NCBI RefSeq assembly: GCF_009914755.1
Contig: NC_060939.1
Direction: 5' to 3' (one strand)
Source: the human T2T-CHM13v2.0 reference genome, Homo sapiens
Length of the DNA: 64,000 nucleotides
Below are positions 15,110 to 26,700 of this stretch, in pieces. Positions within the stretch are counted from its first letter, which is position 1. Each line of letters opens with the position of its first letter. Below the pieces are notes generated by a model. The model was not told where the DNA came from. It worked only from the letters and a program-made list of their open reading frames with translations, and made no database searches. Position numbers and translations under genes: made by a program.

Positions 15110-15320
15110 CAATTATTAAGGGTCCACTTGTGCCAGGCTTTTACCTCCACTACTTAACTTTCCTCTCTCTGCCACCTGTGAGGAAGATGTGGTTATTCTC
15201 CTGTCTTACAGATGAGGACACTGATGGTTAAGGAAAGGATAAGCTGCTCAAGGCTTAAGGACAGAAACTTAGTAAACCCTGAGATAAGAGATGTGAGGCA
15301 GGTTTTGTTCCCCTAAAGCC
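15110..15320 (-). mobile_element. MIR
   Basis: TTACAGATGAGGACACTGA core. Confidence 0.6.
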
Positions 15321-15554
15321 TTTTCACTGGTTTGCATTGCTTAAGAAACCTATGGAATATTCACTTATTCTTTATTTTGAGGATATTACCTTCATCTGAC
15401 TAAACCTGAAGGTTGGGGCAATATGAATTTTCTACAGTAGAGGAAGGCTTATTTATAACTGATATCATCTCCCACTTCCTGATTTGGTGTGGGGGTAAGG
15501 AACTCCTGATGAAGGAAGGTAATATTTTGGATTTGGGTCAACTGGATGTTTTCA

Positions 15555-15662
15555 ATATCCATCTATCCATCTGTATATTCACTCATCCACCCATTCATTT
15601 ATCCATCCATCCATCCATCCCATTTACCTGTTCATCCACCCGTCCACCTATCCATTCATTCG
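15555..15662. repeat. Degenerate (CCAT/CATT)n simple repeat, probably the tail of a minus-strand L2 extending to about 16330
   Basis: ATCCATCCATCCATCCATCC with related units; weak L2-like text follows. Confidence 0.6.
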
Positions 15663-17404
15663 CCTAGCCATAGCTTTCTATGTGCTGGAAGAGATGTGTA
15701 AAAATGAGAATTATAACCCCTACTTATTGATTTTTTATAAGTTTAGAGAAAATTTATAAGAAGTGGTAAGCATATTGGTACATGCCCAATAAGTAGGAGC
15801 ACTTATTGTAATGAAATACAGTCACTGCCTTCATGAAAATGTGGTATAGGAGCTAGGAGGAAGAAAGAAAATTATTCATAAAGCAAGTTTGCATGTGATG
15901 AATGCCATGGTAAAGGTAAACATCAAAAGAAAATTTTATGGAAGTTGGGGGAAGAAACCTCTCCTGATTAGAGATTCAGGGAAGGCCTTGGAAAATGGGT
16001 CTAATTTCAGCAGGGGGAGGTACATTTACCAGGATGAGGAGGGTGCCTAGTGATCTTCCCCCGGTCATGGCGGGGGTGGGGATTTGTCATGGCATGGAGT
16101 TTGATTTAAAATGACAGTTCATGAAGGGGAAGAAATAAGATGGAGATGGAAGTTTGGCCAAATGCTGGAGGGTCTTGAGTGGCAAGCTTCAGGTCCAACC
16201 ATGCCCTTGGTAATGGCTGCCTATTCCTGCGTGTGAGTGGTGGAGTTGCAAGACAGTCAACCAAGGTGATAATTGCAGAGCTCTTTGGACTAGGAACATT
16301 TGACATGACTGCTGATGTAATGTGATCTGTTTTAATTCCCCATTCCTGACCAGGCTTTTGTCACTGGACTTCTTCCTATACCTGTTCCCAACTCTTAGTC
16401 CCAGCCTTCAGCCCCTCCTGTCGCTTACCTCATCCTAGTATCTCAGCTCATCCTGAGCCTCTCTCTAACCCTAGGAGGAAGGGCTGGGATGAACTGAGGC
16501 TCAGGGATTGGGGCAGGAGAACTGTTCTACAACACTTGATTTTTGTTGTTGTTGTTGTTTTTAATTTGTTATTTTAGGGGCAGCATTCAGATAGCATTCA
16601 GATGTCCTTGCATCAAAGCAGCTCTGACAGCATGGCTGAATTAACCAGAGTTGAGTCAAAAAGTCTCATCCCCACTCTCAAATTGAGAGCAGTTGGCATT
16701 TCCATCTTCTGAGCCCAGATTTTGGATCTGTCTCCCTGAACACCCACCTCTGCAGGGCAGAGGGTGGACAGGGGACCAGTGGTGCTTTGAGGTGTAATTG
16801 GAAATGCAGTGATGCAATGAGGTGCATTGCTGGTGATATGCTGAGGCAAATGGCCAACAGCGACCCACGCCTACAGCAGAAAGCCATCACTTGGCAATAT
16901 TTACTCCACAATTTACTCAGTTTCTAAAACTGGAACTGATCTTATGAGAACCAAACACAGCCCCAGTTCCAGCCCTGGGAGATGGGGATGAGAACTTGGT
17001 CTCGGTTATCAATTACTGTATCTGCAGTTGTGGAACAGGCAGCTATGAATCAAACAGACTGGACACCTCTTCATATTTCAGAAATGGGTGTATGGAAATG
17101 CATCCTCTTGGGTGTGAGTCCCATCTCCTTTACGCCAGGCCTGAAATAAAGAAAGTGGAGGGTTTGTGGGGTCTGTGCTTTTTCACTGAGCAAATACTGC
17201 ATGGTTCCTTCAAAGCCATAGGTCTGCAAATCAGGTTCTTGTTAGAGAAAAAGATGATATGAGACAAGGGAGCATTCAAGGTCAAGAGCTAGGAACAAAA
17301 GAATGAATATAAAACAGGGCATGATAGAAAACAGAATGGCAAAGCGTATGTGCTCAATATGTCTCCCTTCCTCTCTCCCTCCCTCCTTTCTTTCTTTTTT
17401 CTCT

Positions 17405-17825
17405 CCTTTCTGCTTTTTGGTAACTTTTTACAAACTGAATACATCTATGGAGTAACCTACAGTAACATGGAGGAATCTCACAAAGTTAAGCAAATAAGTT
17501 GCTTAAATTTGTGCATATAAGTTGCTTAACTTTGTGCGATTCCTTCATGTTGCCATATATTGTTGTAGATGGTTCGTTCTGATTGCCCAATAGCATGCCA
17601 TTGTGTGAATATCTTTATCCATTCTGGAGTTGGTGATATTTGGGGTAGTTTCCAATTTGGGGCTATAATGAAATAGTGCTGCTTTGCACATTCCAGTACA
17701 TGTCTTTGTGAACAAATGTATGCCTGTCTGTTGAGTATATATCTAGGGGTGAAGTTGTGGGATGCTAGGGTGCACCTATGTTCAGCTTTATAGATAACAA
17801 CAAATGGTTTTCAAAAATGGTAGCT
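17405..17825 (-). mobile_element. Old L1M(B/E) 3' fragment containing a local inverted duplication
   Basis: TTTATCCATTC...GTTTCCAATTTGGGGCTATAATGAA...TATATCTAGGGGTGAAGTTG. Confidence 0.7.
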
Positions 17826-18023
17826 CCAAAACAAATATCTATTAGCCACATAGATACCATTAGCTAGCGAAAGCACTGGATATTACTCCAAAACTTGTTT
17901 AACACATATTTGTTAGTTGAAAGTGATTTGAGATGCCCTGCATTAAGGGACTACTCATAGCATTTATTTCTTTTGTGTTCAGTTCCCTCTTCTTGGTCCT
18001 TTTCATAATAGCTAAAATAATAA

Positions 18024-18396
<373 letters not shown>

Positions 18397-18745
18397 CTCA
18401 TTTAATCTTTGCAACAATCCTAAGGCAGTTAATATTATCCTCATTTTAAAGCTTTAAAATGGAAGATTGGAGAGGTTAGTGAATTTTCCTTGATCACAGA
18501 GTGAACAAGTGGCATAGCTGGAATTTGAGCAGAGGGAATCTCATACCAGCAGAAGTGCCCTCACCAGGTGCATTAACTCTCTAAGGAAAAGGAAGGGCAT
18601 TTGGAAGATTGTCAATAGATTTCCTCAGGTGTAAGTGTCTGCTGGGGAAAGATGGAGACCCTCACCTAGCACAGTCAGCAAGGACAGTAGCTGTCTCCAC
18701 AGGCTGGAAGGACTGGCCAAAAGGGTGCAGAACAGGTGCCCAGAA

Positions 18746-18957
18746 CAGGGATCAGCATTCTTTCTGCAAAGGGCCAGATGGCAAGTTTTCAGGCTTTGTA
18801 GGCCATACAGGGGATCCCTGTTGCAACTACTCAACCCTGCCACTGCAGCTGTAGACAACATGCAAATGAATGGGTATGCCTGTGTTCCAGTGGAACTTTA
18901 TTTGGAAAACAGTCAGTGGGTTAGATTTGGCCCACAGGCCATAGTTTGTTACCCCTG
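18746..18957. mobile_element. MER58A hAT-Charlie MITE
   Basis: CAGGG...TTTCTGCAAAGGGCCAGAT...GATTTGGCCCACAGGCCATAGTTTG...CCCCTG. Confidence 0.85.
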
Positions 18958-19519
18958 GCCTGAAGGCCTTTGAATCACAAGCCTGGTGTAAGGGTGGGAG
19001 ACGGAGTGGAAAGGTAGTGATGGAGCACGAGGTGGTAATTGCTGCGGCAAACTGCCAAGTAGGAACTTACCTCTCTGTGGTGGATGTTCTCAACTCCCAG
19101 GGTGCCCTTCCTGTAAAAGCAACAGATCAAACCATGCCTCTGGGTGCAAGTCTTGGAGAACCTGAACTATGCAGTTCAGAGTCCTGAGACTCCGGCTGCT
19201 GCCACAGCTTTTCTGGCTATCAGTGGAGAAAGTGCTGGTATCCGTTAGCCCACTGGGGGTGGGCTTTCAGGTTATTTCAGCAGCATTTATGTGTGATGGG
19301 GGACTATTATGCAGATAATGGTCTGCATTCAACAGCACTAGAATCCCAAGATAAAACCAGAACTTCTCAAACTGGGTTCCAAAGAACACTAGTGTTCCCT
19401 GGGATGCCAGTGGGTGTGCCACTCAAAAAGCGTTGTGGAAACAGATGGATTTGAAATGTCAGGATAAATTTACTATATTTCTTTACTAAAGAATCTTCAT
19501 TTTTTAAAAAATCTTTAAA

Positions 19520-19792
19520 GACACTCATGGTTTTCAATTCTCAGTTTAAATACCTTGTACTCAGAGAGGATTTCTCTGACAGCCCAATTAGCTACCGGGT
19601 CACTGTATGCCCCACCTCTCTCATTTACCTGTCTGCATATTCTCTAATATTTGTTTTTGTGCTCCTTTTCTTCTTCCATCATGGTTGGAATCTTATCTGT
19701 CTTGCTTACTCTTTTTCCATACTACCTAAAGCACTGTCTGGTACATGGTAGGTGCTCAATAAATGTTTGTTGATTGACTAATAAAATGAATG
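19520..19792 (+). mobile_element. L2 3' end, apparently inside an old hAT-Charlie-like element (about 19355-19930)
   Basis: CTGGTACATGGTAGGTGCTCAATAAATGTTTGTTGA. Flanks TTCTCAAACTGGGTTCC and CCATGGAACACATTTGG resemble Charlie ends. Confidence 0.65.
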
Positions 19793-20769
19793 TGCATAGT
19801 ATATTAATAAGTTTGAGACATAATATATGTCATTTTGAAACCATCTTGGAAATAAAAATTTTTTTGGCAAAACCCACTAGTATTTCATAGGACATTAGGG
19901 ATCCATGGAACACATTTGGCAAATAATGGTTTTAGACCAATGCCATGTTATATCTCTGCTTGCTTGTGACTGTTGACTTTCTCTTGGTTTGGAAACTGGT
20001 TTCAGCATGTTATAACTGTTCTGATGTGAGTGGATTTGAAGTTAGTTCTATGGGAAACCCAGGGTCATTCCTCTGCTTGGTGAATACCACCAGCTAATGA
20101 CCCTACAACCAGTCTGCAGGCCTTGCATTGACATGAATTCTGGTCCTTACTTGATTGGGATAAAATAATATAAGCAATAGATGTGGAGGTTTAGAGAAGA
20201 GTTCTTTCTAGAGGCTCAAGAGAGCCATTCTGATTCTGATCAGGAGGCCATATGGCGATAAGGATAGCTTTAGCTTCAGGTTTCACATTAAAGGCAGGGT
20301 CAGATTTCACAGACACAGCATCTGAGGAAGCTTTTCCTAGGGGATTTGGAGAAAAGCAGCTTTTCTAATGAATGGTCAGCAATGAATTCTCCCCTCACCC
20401 TTCCCCTGACCAATTCCCCGAAAACAATGCATGTTAACATTTCTAATCTCCAGATCCCACCAATCGGTGCTAGCTCAATGCCCTACAGTTTCGACCCAGA
20501 GCATCTATATCCCAGCCCTCTAAAGACAGAATTAAGCCAACCAGTCCTGAGGATAATGCAGATACCCTTTACTTTTCATATTTAGATTAAGAGGACACTA
20601 TAAGCAAATCCCACTTTCCTTTGACTTTAATTGCACCAACTTAATATGTTCTAAAGGAAAAAAAATGCCCCAAATGACAACTAAATTTTTGCACTGCAGA
20701 AGAGGTTAAGATGATAATATTTGAAGAAAAATGGGCATTACAATTCAAGAAGTGTTTTTGTCAGGAACC

Positions 20770-20975
20770 CCTCACATTTGTCGAGTACTTACTATGTACC
20801 AGGAAATAGCCTAAGTATTTTTCCCGTCTTCTCTTACATAACCTCACAACAATCCTATGAGGAATATATGGCTACTTTCCCCATTTTATAGATAAAGAAC
20901 ACCAGGTATTTGCTTTAGTTCTTGCAGTATTTAAGTAGCAGTCGCAATTTAAACACTGGCAGTCTGACTCCAGAT
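20770..20975 (-). mobile_element. MIR
   Basis: CCTCACAACAATCCTATGAGG...CCCATTTTATAGATAAAGAA...GGCAGTCTGACTCCAGA. Confidence 0.75.
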
Positions 20976-23360
20976 TCCATTCCATTCCATTCACCAGTCT
21001 ACAGCATCCCTTTTGTTTTTACCTGTCCTTTCTCCACTAAACATATTTTTCTGTAAAGGTAATACCTGTTCACTATTTGTAAAAAAATTTAATTAATATG
21101 TAGATGTAAATTATAGGGAGGAAAAATCCCCCTATTAGATTCTACTTCCTAAGACAACTTCGTAAGCACTTGCTAAGTATTCTTTTAGATGTTTATATAC
21201 ATATAGCAATGAGATGTTTCTATCATTATATACCTATATCTTTATCATTTTTACACACTGCTATTCAATTTGCTTTTCCTGCATACCAATGTACTTGAAC
21301 ATTTTTCATGCCAAGACATATAGCCAGCTTAACCTTGTGTGATAGTTATATCATTTTTTAGTTCATGGTTGTACCATAATTTAAATAAATAGAAGTACGT
21401 TTTCTTCTAGCATTTCACTTGGGCTTGACTTTGTTTATGCTCTTTATTTTTTGATATTATATATGTCACTTTTTAATAGTGAAATTTACCAAACTTTTCT
21501 TTAATGGATTATTTTTGCTGCAAAGCTTTTCCCCCATGATCTAACTCTTATACTTAATGATGTTTGAGTTTCACACCATATCATTTCCTTTTTCTTATAT
21601 CTTGTTGCTTTCATAGAGCTTCTCTGCCATACTACTATTCACTTGCTTATGCCAAGAGTCAACACATTTATGGCTTTAAAATTTCTTTTACTGGAAGGCC
21701 TCATTTCTGTACCACCCAATAGAGCTCTGCAATGATAACATTTGAAAGTTTGAAATCTGATATACCTATTTATTTAAATTAACATATATAGGTTTCTTGG
21801 CTGGGCTTTAGGAAGGCCAAAGTTGATTTTGGGTACTGCCACCGACTTTCTGGTTGACTTGAATCCTATGGGTCAGCATCTTCTCTGTCTTGACATCAGT
21901 GCTAGGAGATTTGCCTAGCAATATAATCTGTTTCTTTGGCATATTATTATTTTCTTGTTATTGTTCATATGTCTATTAAATGCCTCCCTGTGCCAGGGAG
22001 TGGAAAGTAGTGGGTGGAAAGGTTTTCAGAATTTTATCAGCAGACGCTTTCCTACTGAAATTCTTTCAAATGCTAATGTCTGATGTCAGGAAGAAAGAGA
22101 TCCAGAATGTTGTGGTAACTCTTGACCCCCTTTGCTCTTTGACCTCTCTATTCTGTGGTGACCAACTGAGGACACACTAGCATCATGACTCCAAGTCTCT
22201 TGGGGAAGATCAGAACACTCAGCAGCTGTAACATGTTTAGCTATGCCTATGCATTTCTGTCTGCCTATGCAGTTATGCCTAGGCCTATGAAGTTATCAAT
22301 TCATACACTGCAAGGCAGTGAGTCATAAGTTTTTGTTTTTCTTTTTTAATCCCACAGATACCCTTTGAAAGCTAAAGACACTTTTCCCAGATAGATATAC
22401 ATAAAAACTTGTGAACAATTCAGGGCAATAAGCCACTTGATCAGGTTTAAGTTTTCCCAGGTATACACTTCTTGGGTTTTGTCTCAGCGAATGAAGCTCT
22501 TAAAGGTCAGAATAATACAGCAACTTCCAGTAAAATACATCTCACAATTTTTTTTCCAATTATATATCTCTCATGTATCTGTACTGGACACAATATTCTT
22601 CCTATGTCCATATCCCAACTTGGTCTTGGACATCTTTCATACTTGATTTGTTCTTGTGAAAGTCATAAGTACCTTTGATGGATCAACTAAAATGTTACTT
22701 TTCAAAAAAAGCCTTTTCTGACAATCTAAACTAGGTGGTATATCTCTCTTCTCCAAAGTTGCACCCAAGCATTTGTACCTCTCTCTTGAATCATCTATGA
22801 TTTACTTGCTTATAAAAATAGTTGTCCTTCATCTATTCAACAAACCCTTACTAGGCATTGAGAACCTCAAAATAAATATAACATGGTTCTTGTCCTCCCA
22901 GATATGAAGAATCACATATACGTTTGAAAGTCTCCAGAAAATTAAAAACTCTCCCCCTAGATAAGCATACACATGCACTTAAACCAAACATTTGAATCTC
23001 AGAAGATTTGTCCACAACTAGATTGAGAACCTATGCCATGTGATTGTTTGAGTAAATACATGAACAAATAGTTATAAAGCATTATTACAAATGAAGCAGT
23101 AGCAATGTTCCCAGTGTATTTTTTAAAGAGGGGGGATCTCAGTTGATCTCTAACCTTCCATGAACCTCTGCTCTTAAATAATGGTAGGTTAGATATTTCA
23201 GACCAACCACTGAACTTTAGATAATTAAAAAATGTGGATAAAATATAAAATTTTTATTCTAAAAATCAATGTTCTAATGATAAAATGAGCTTGTAATGGA
23301 TTGAAGTCAAGAGAGGTGAGAAACTCAGGGAAAAGAGCAAAACTCTGGTATTTTTGCCTC

Positions 23361-23765
23361 AGTCTTAGTCCATTTTGTGCTGCAGTAACAGAGTACCAAA
23401 AACTAGACAATTTAAAATGAACGGAAATTTATTGGCTCATAGTTCTAGAGCCTGGGAATTCCAAGATCAAGGGGCTGGCATCTGACCAGGACCTTCATGC
23501 TGCATCATGATGTGATAGAAGGCATCACATGATGGAAAGCCAAAGAGAGGGAGAGTGAGAGCAAGAGAGGGTCAAATTCCTCCTTTTCTAAGAAACTCAC
23601 TCCCGAGATAATAAACCTACTCCTCCAATAATGGCATTAATTCCTTCATGAGAGAAGAAACCTCATTGCCTAATTATCTCTTATAGGTTCTATCCCTTAA
23701 TACAATTGCATTGGGGATTAGGTTTCTAACACATGGTTTTTGGGAAACACATTCAAATAATAGCA
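23361..23765 (-). mobile_element. MSTC/MSTD-type MaLR solo LTR
   Basis: GTCTTAGTCCATTTTGTGCTGC...CACATTCAAATAATAGCA. TSD GCCTC/GCTTC. Confidence 0.8.
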
Positions 23766-24149
23766 GCTTCGGAAGTATTTACTGTTTTGGAAGGTGCCTG
23801 GGAAGGTTGAATTGTATATTCGGTGACCTTGCTCATCTAGGATAACAAGAACAATATAGAGCTTTCCAAGAATGGAGACCGTAGTGATCCACTCCCTGCT
23901 TTAGGGCTGAGACCTGAAGGACTGCTCTCTAGAAGTTAAAGTGAACCACACACAAGCTAGTCTTCACATAGAGCCATTCTTCAACTCTTCTGGGTGACCC
24001 AGAAAATTTGAAGACTTGAAAAGGTGGTCTCAGCTGTCTAAAAATCCTAAGTACCTGCTAGTTGCAAGTTAAAAACATCATTGGTGGAAGAAAATGTCAT
24101 ATGAGGCCCTGTATTAATTCTACAAGTGATTTAAAAACCAGGCATTAGA

Positions 24150-24640
24150 GGGAGATAAGCTAATATGGGTGGGTAAACACCAGAAGAAATAATACATGAT
24201 GGAATTAGATCCACCAGTACCCCAGAAACTGAAAATACTGCACATAGAATGTAAGAGAACTGGTTACTGTGGTCAAAGAGATAGAAGCTAAGTTTGAAAT
24301 TTTTGACAGTGAACTACAATCTACAAGAAGTGATAAAGTAGATTTGAAGAGGAACTATTAATCAGTAGAAGTTCTTGAACTAAAAAATAAAAGAACCAAA
24401 ACGAACAGCTCAATAGATAGGTTTAACTGCAGATTAGACTTGGCCAAAGAAAGAATTGAAAATCAGGTCATAAGAGACTATACAGAAGGAAGCAGAGAAA
24501 GTCAAAATAATTGAACATGCTGAAGGGCAGGCAAGATACACAGAGTGAGAAGGTTGGACATACATTTAATTGGAGTTCTGGAAGGGAAGCAGAGAATGAG
24601 GCAGCAACAATATTTAAAGAGACAATGAGAGAGAGCCCTT
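24150..24640 (+). mobile_element. Old L1M/HAL1 ORF1-region fragment
   Basis: CTCAATAGATAGGTTTAACTGCAGATTAGAC...ACATACATTTAATTGGAGTTCTGGAAGG...GCAACAATATTTAAAGAGACAATG. Confidence 0.6.
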
Positions 24641-25200
24641 CAATATACTGATAATATTCTATGACAATAGCAACAGCATCTTACTGAAGTCTATATTCCC
24701 TGAAATACTGCCTTTAAGTGTCTGTTGAATTTGTTAGGTGAGGAAACATTCCGATTACATTCTAATCTAGTATTGTATCTTTGAAATTATATCAAAAGTT
24801 CTTTCAAAATGTTATACTCTTTAAAATAATATCAGACAATGTGAACTACTGTCTGATGTGGATATGTGTTCAAATATTTGAATCTCTATATTTGCAGTCG
24901 TTACTTCAAAAATTAGAGCTAAATCTATAATTGACACTATAAAGTTTAAGCTCTCATTTATAATCTTGTGATTAATTTTCGACCAAAACTCTCCCTAAAC
25001 TCATATATGTTATCTATGATAATACTCTATTTGATTTCTTACAATGTAAATTTTGTAGCAGCCTTTGGCATTGAGTTAAATATTCTAACCTGATCACAGG
25101 TAATTAAAACATTAATATTTACTTGCTTTTGCCTTGTCCTCTTTAATGACATGGTATTTTGATAACTTTCTATTTAATTTGAAATAGAGAAGAAAAATGA

Positions 25201-26564
25201 TGTTTTGTAGCTTCCCTGGGAAGCAGATTCTGAGACAAAGATTTTCATGCAGGAAGTTTATTGGGGGAGTGCCTGGATCCACATGTGGGATCATGAAGGA
25301 AGTAGGATTGGGCAGAGGGGAGATTGATCTGCAATGTAGTCACAACAGAGGCTCCAGATGATTCCACACCGAGCTCTGGAACTTAGATGGTCCTTCAGCA
25401 GTCATCTAATCCTACAGCAAAGGGGTTGAGGCTGTACACCTTCTCCCCTGCATCATTGACCAGTCATTGGATGAAGGCTGCTTCCAGATATGGGACATGG
25501 CTACTATGATCTGTTTGTATCAATATAGCACTTCTGATATCAAATGTGTGAGGTGGTTCCCACACCAACAACCAACTCTTCAACTTTCTGGATGCCACCT
25601 GGGTATCCTACCTTTAACTTCAATTCTGATCCTAACTACCTGGAGTTAGCATCAGATCTCACAAGTTAAGGGCTTAATCCCATGAGACTGCTTCTACTTC
25701 AGATGCCAATCACCTGAAACTTCCGACCAATTGGCTTCATAGCCAGGGAGTTCCCACAGCTCCGTCTTCAGGTTTGATAATTTGCTAGAACAGCTCCCAG
25801 AACTCAGGAAAGCACTTTTATTTACATTTACCAGTTTATGATAGAGGATAAAAATGAATAGTCAGATGGAGAGGTACATAGAGGAGGTCTGGAAAGTCCT
25901 GAGTGCAGGAACATTAGTCCCAGGAAGTTAGGGTGCACCACCCTACTAGCAGGTGGATGTGTTCAACAACCTGGAAGTACTCTGAACCCCATCATTTAAG
26001 GTTTTTATGTAGGCTCCATTGCATAGGCCTGACTGATTGACTCATTGGCCTTTGGCAGTTACTTTGATCTCCAGTCCCTCTCCTTTCCCTGGAGGTTGGG
26101 AGGTGAGGCTGAAAGTTCCAACCCTCCAACTATGTCTTAGTCTTTCTGGCAACCAGAGTCCATCCTGAATCTGTCTAGGGTCCTCCAGTCACCAGCCATC
26201 TCATTAGCATACAAAAAGACACTCTTAGCACTCTGGAGATTCCAAGGGTCTTAGAAGCTCTGTGTCAGGGACCAGGGACTAAGACCAAATATTATAACAA
26301 AAGATACTCCTATCATTCAGGAAGTTAGAAGGATTTTTCCGTGCCAGGAACTGGGGATGAAGACCAAATATATATTTTTTACCATATCATAATGTCACAT
26401 GACCTTGGATACTTTTTTTTTTTTTTTTTTTTTTTTTACCTTACAGCAATTCCCAGAAGATACTGCTGAGAGCTGTTGGTCACTAATACTCTCTGTGGTT
26501 GGGGGGATAATTGCCTCAGTTCTGAAGGGGAGACCTTGGAGGAACATGTCCAGCATCCACTACA
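25201..26564 (-). mobile_element. LTR16-family ERVL LTR (25201-25499 and 26400-26564), split by MER21
   Basis: GGAAGCAGATTCTGAGA...GGATTGGGCAGAGGG...GACCAGTCATTGGATG, then resumes TGACCTTGG...CAGCATCCACTACA. Confidence 0.7.
25500..26399 (-). mobile_element. MER21B/C LTR
   Basis: CAATTCTGA...TACCTGGAGTTAGCATCAGA...TTTGATAATTTGCTAGAACAGCTC...GCTGAAAGTTCCAACCCTC...CTCATTAGCATACAAAAAGACAC. Confidence 0.8.
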
Positions 26565-26574
26565 TGTGATTACT

Positions 26575-26700
26575 GATAAGACTGAGCATCATGAGACATG
26601 GGCTTAAATCTTGGCTTTGCTATTAATTGGCTATGTGACCTTAGGCAAGCCATGTAACATTCTAGGAAATAATTTCCTCATCTATAAAATAAGTGGTAGT
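26575..26700 (+). mobile_element. MIR
   Basis: GCTATGTGACCTTAGGCAAG...TTTCCTCATCTATAAAAT. Confidence 0.7.

Noticed and set aside
16617-16650. SSSDS-coding stretch as AGBL1 exon 2
   Set aside because: No AG acceptor precedes it, and the translation diverges immediately from the expected SSSDKESILTIL.
26203-26218. SOX-OCT-like motif ATTAGCATACAAAAAG
   Set aside because: It appears to be ordinary MER21 consensus sequence; nothing locus-specific supports a function.
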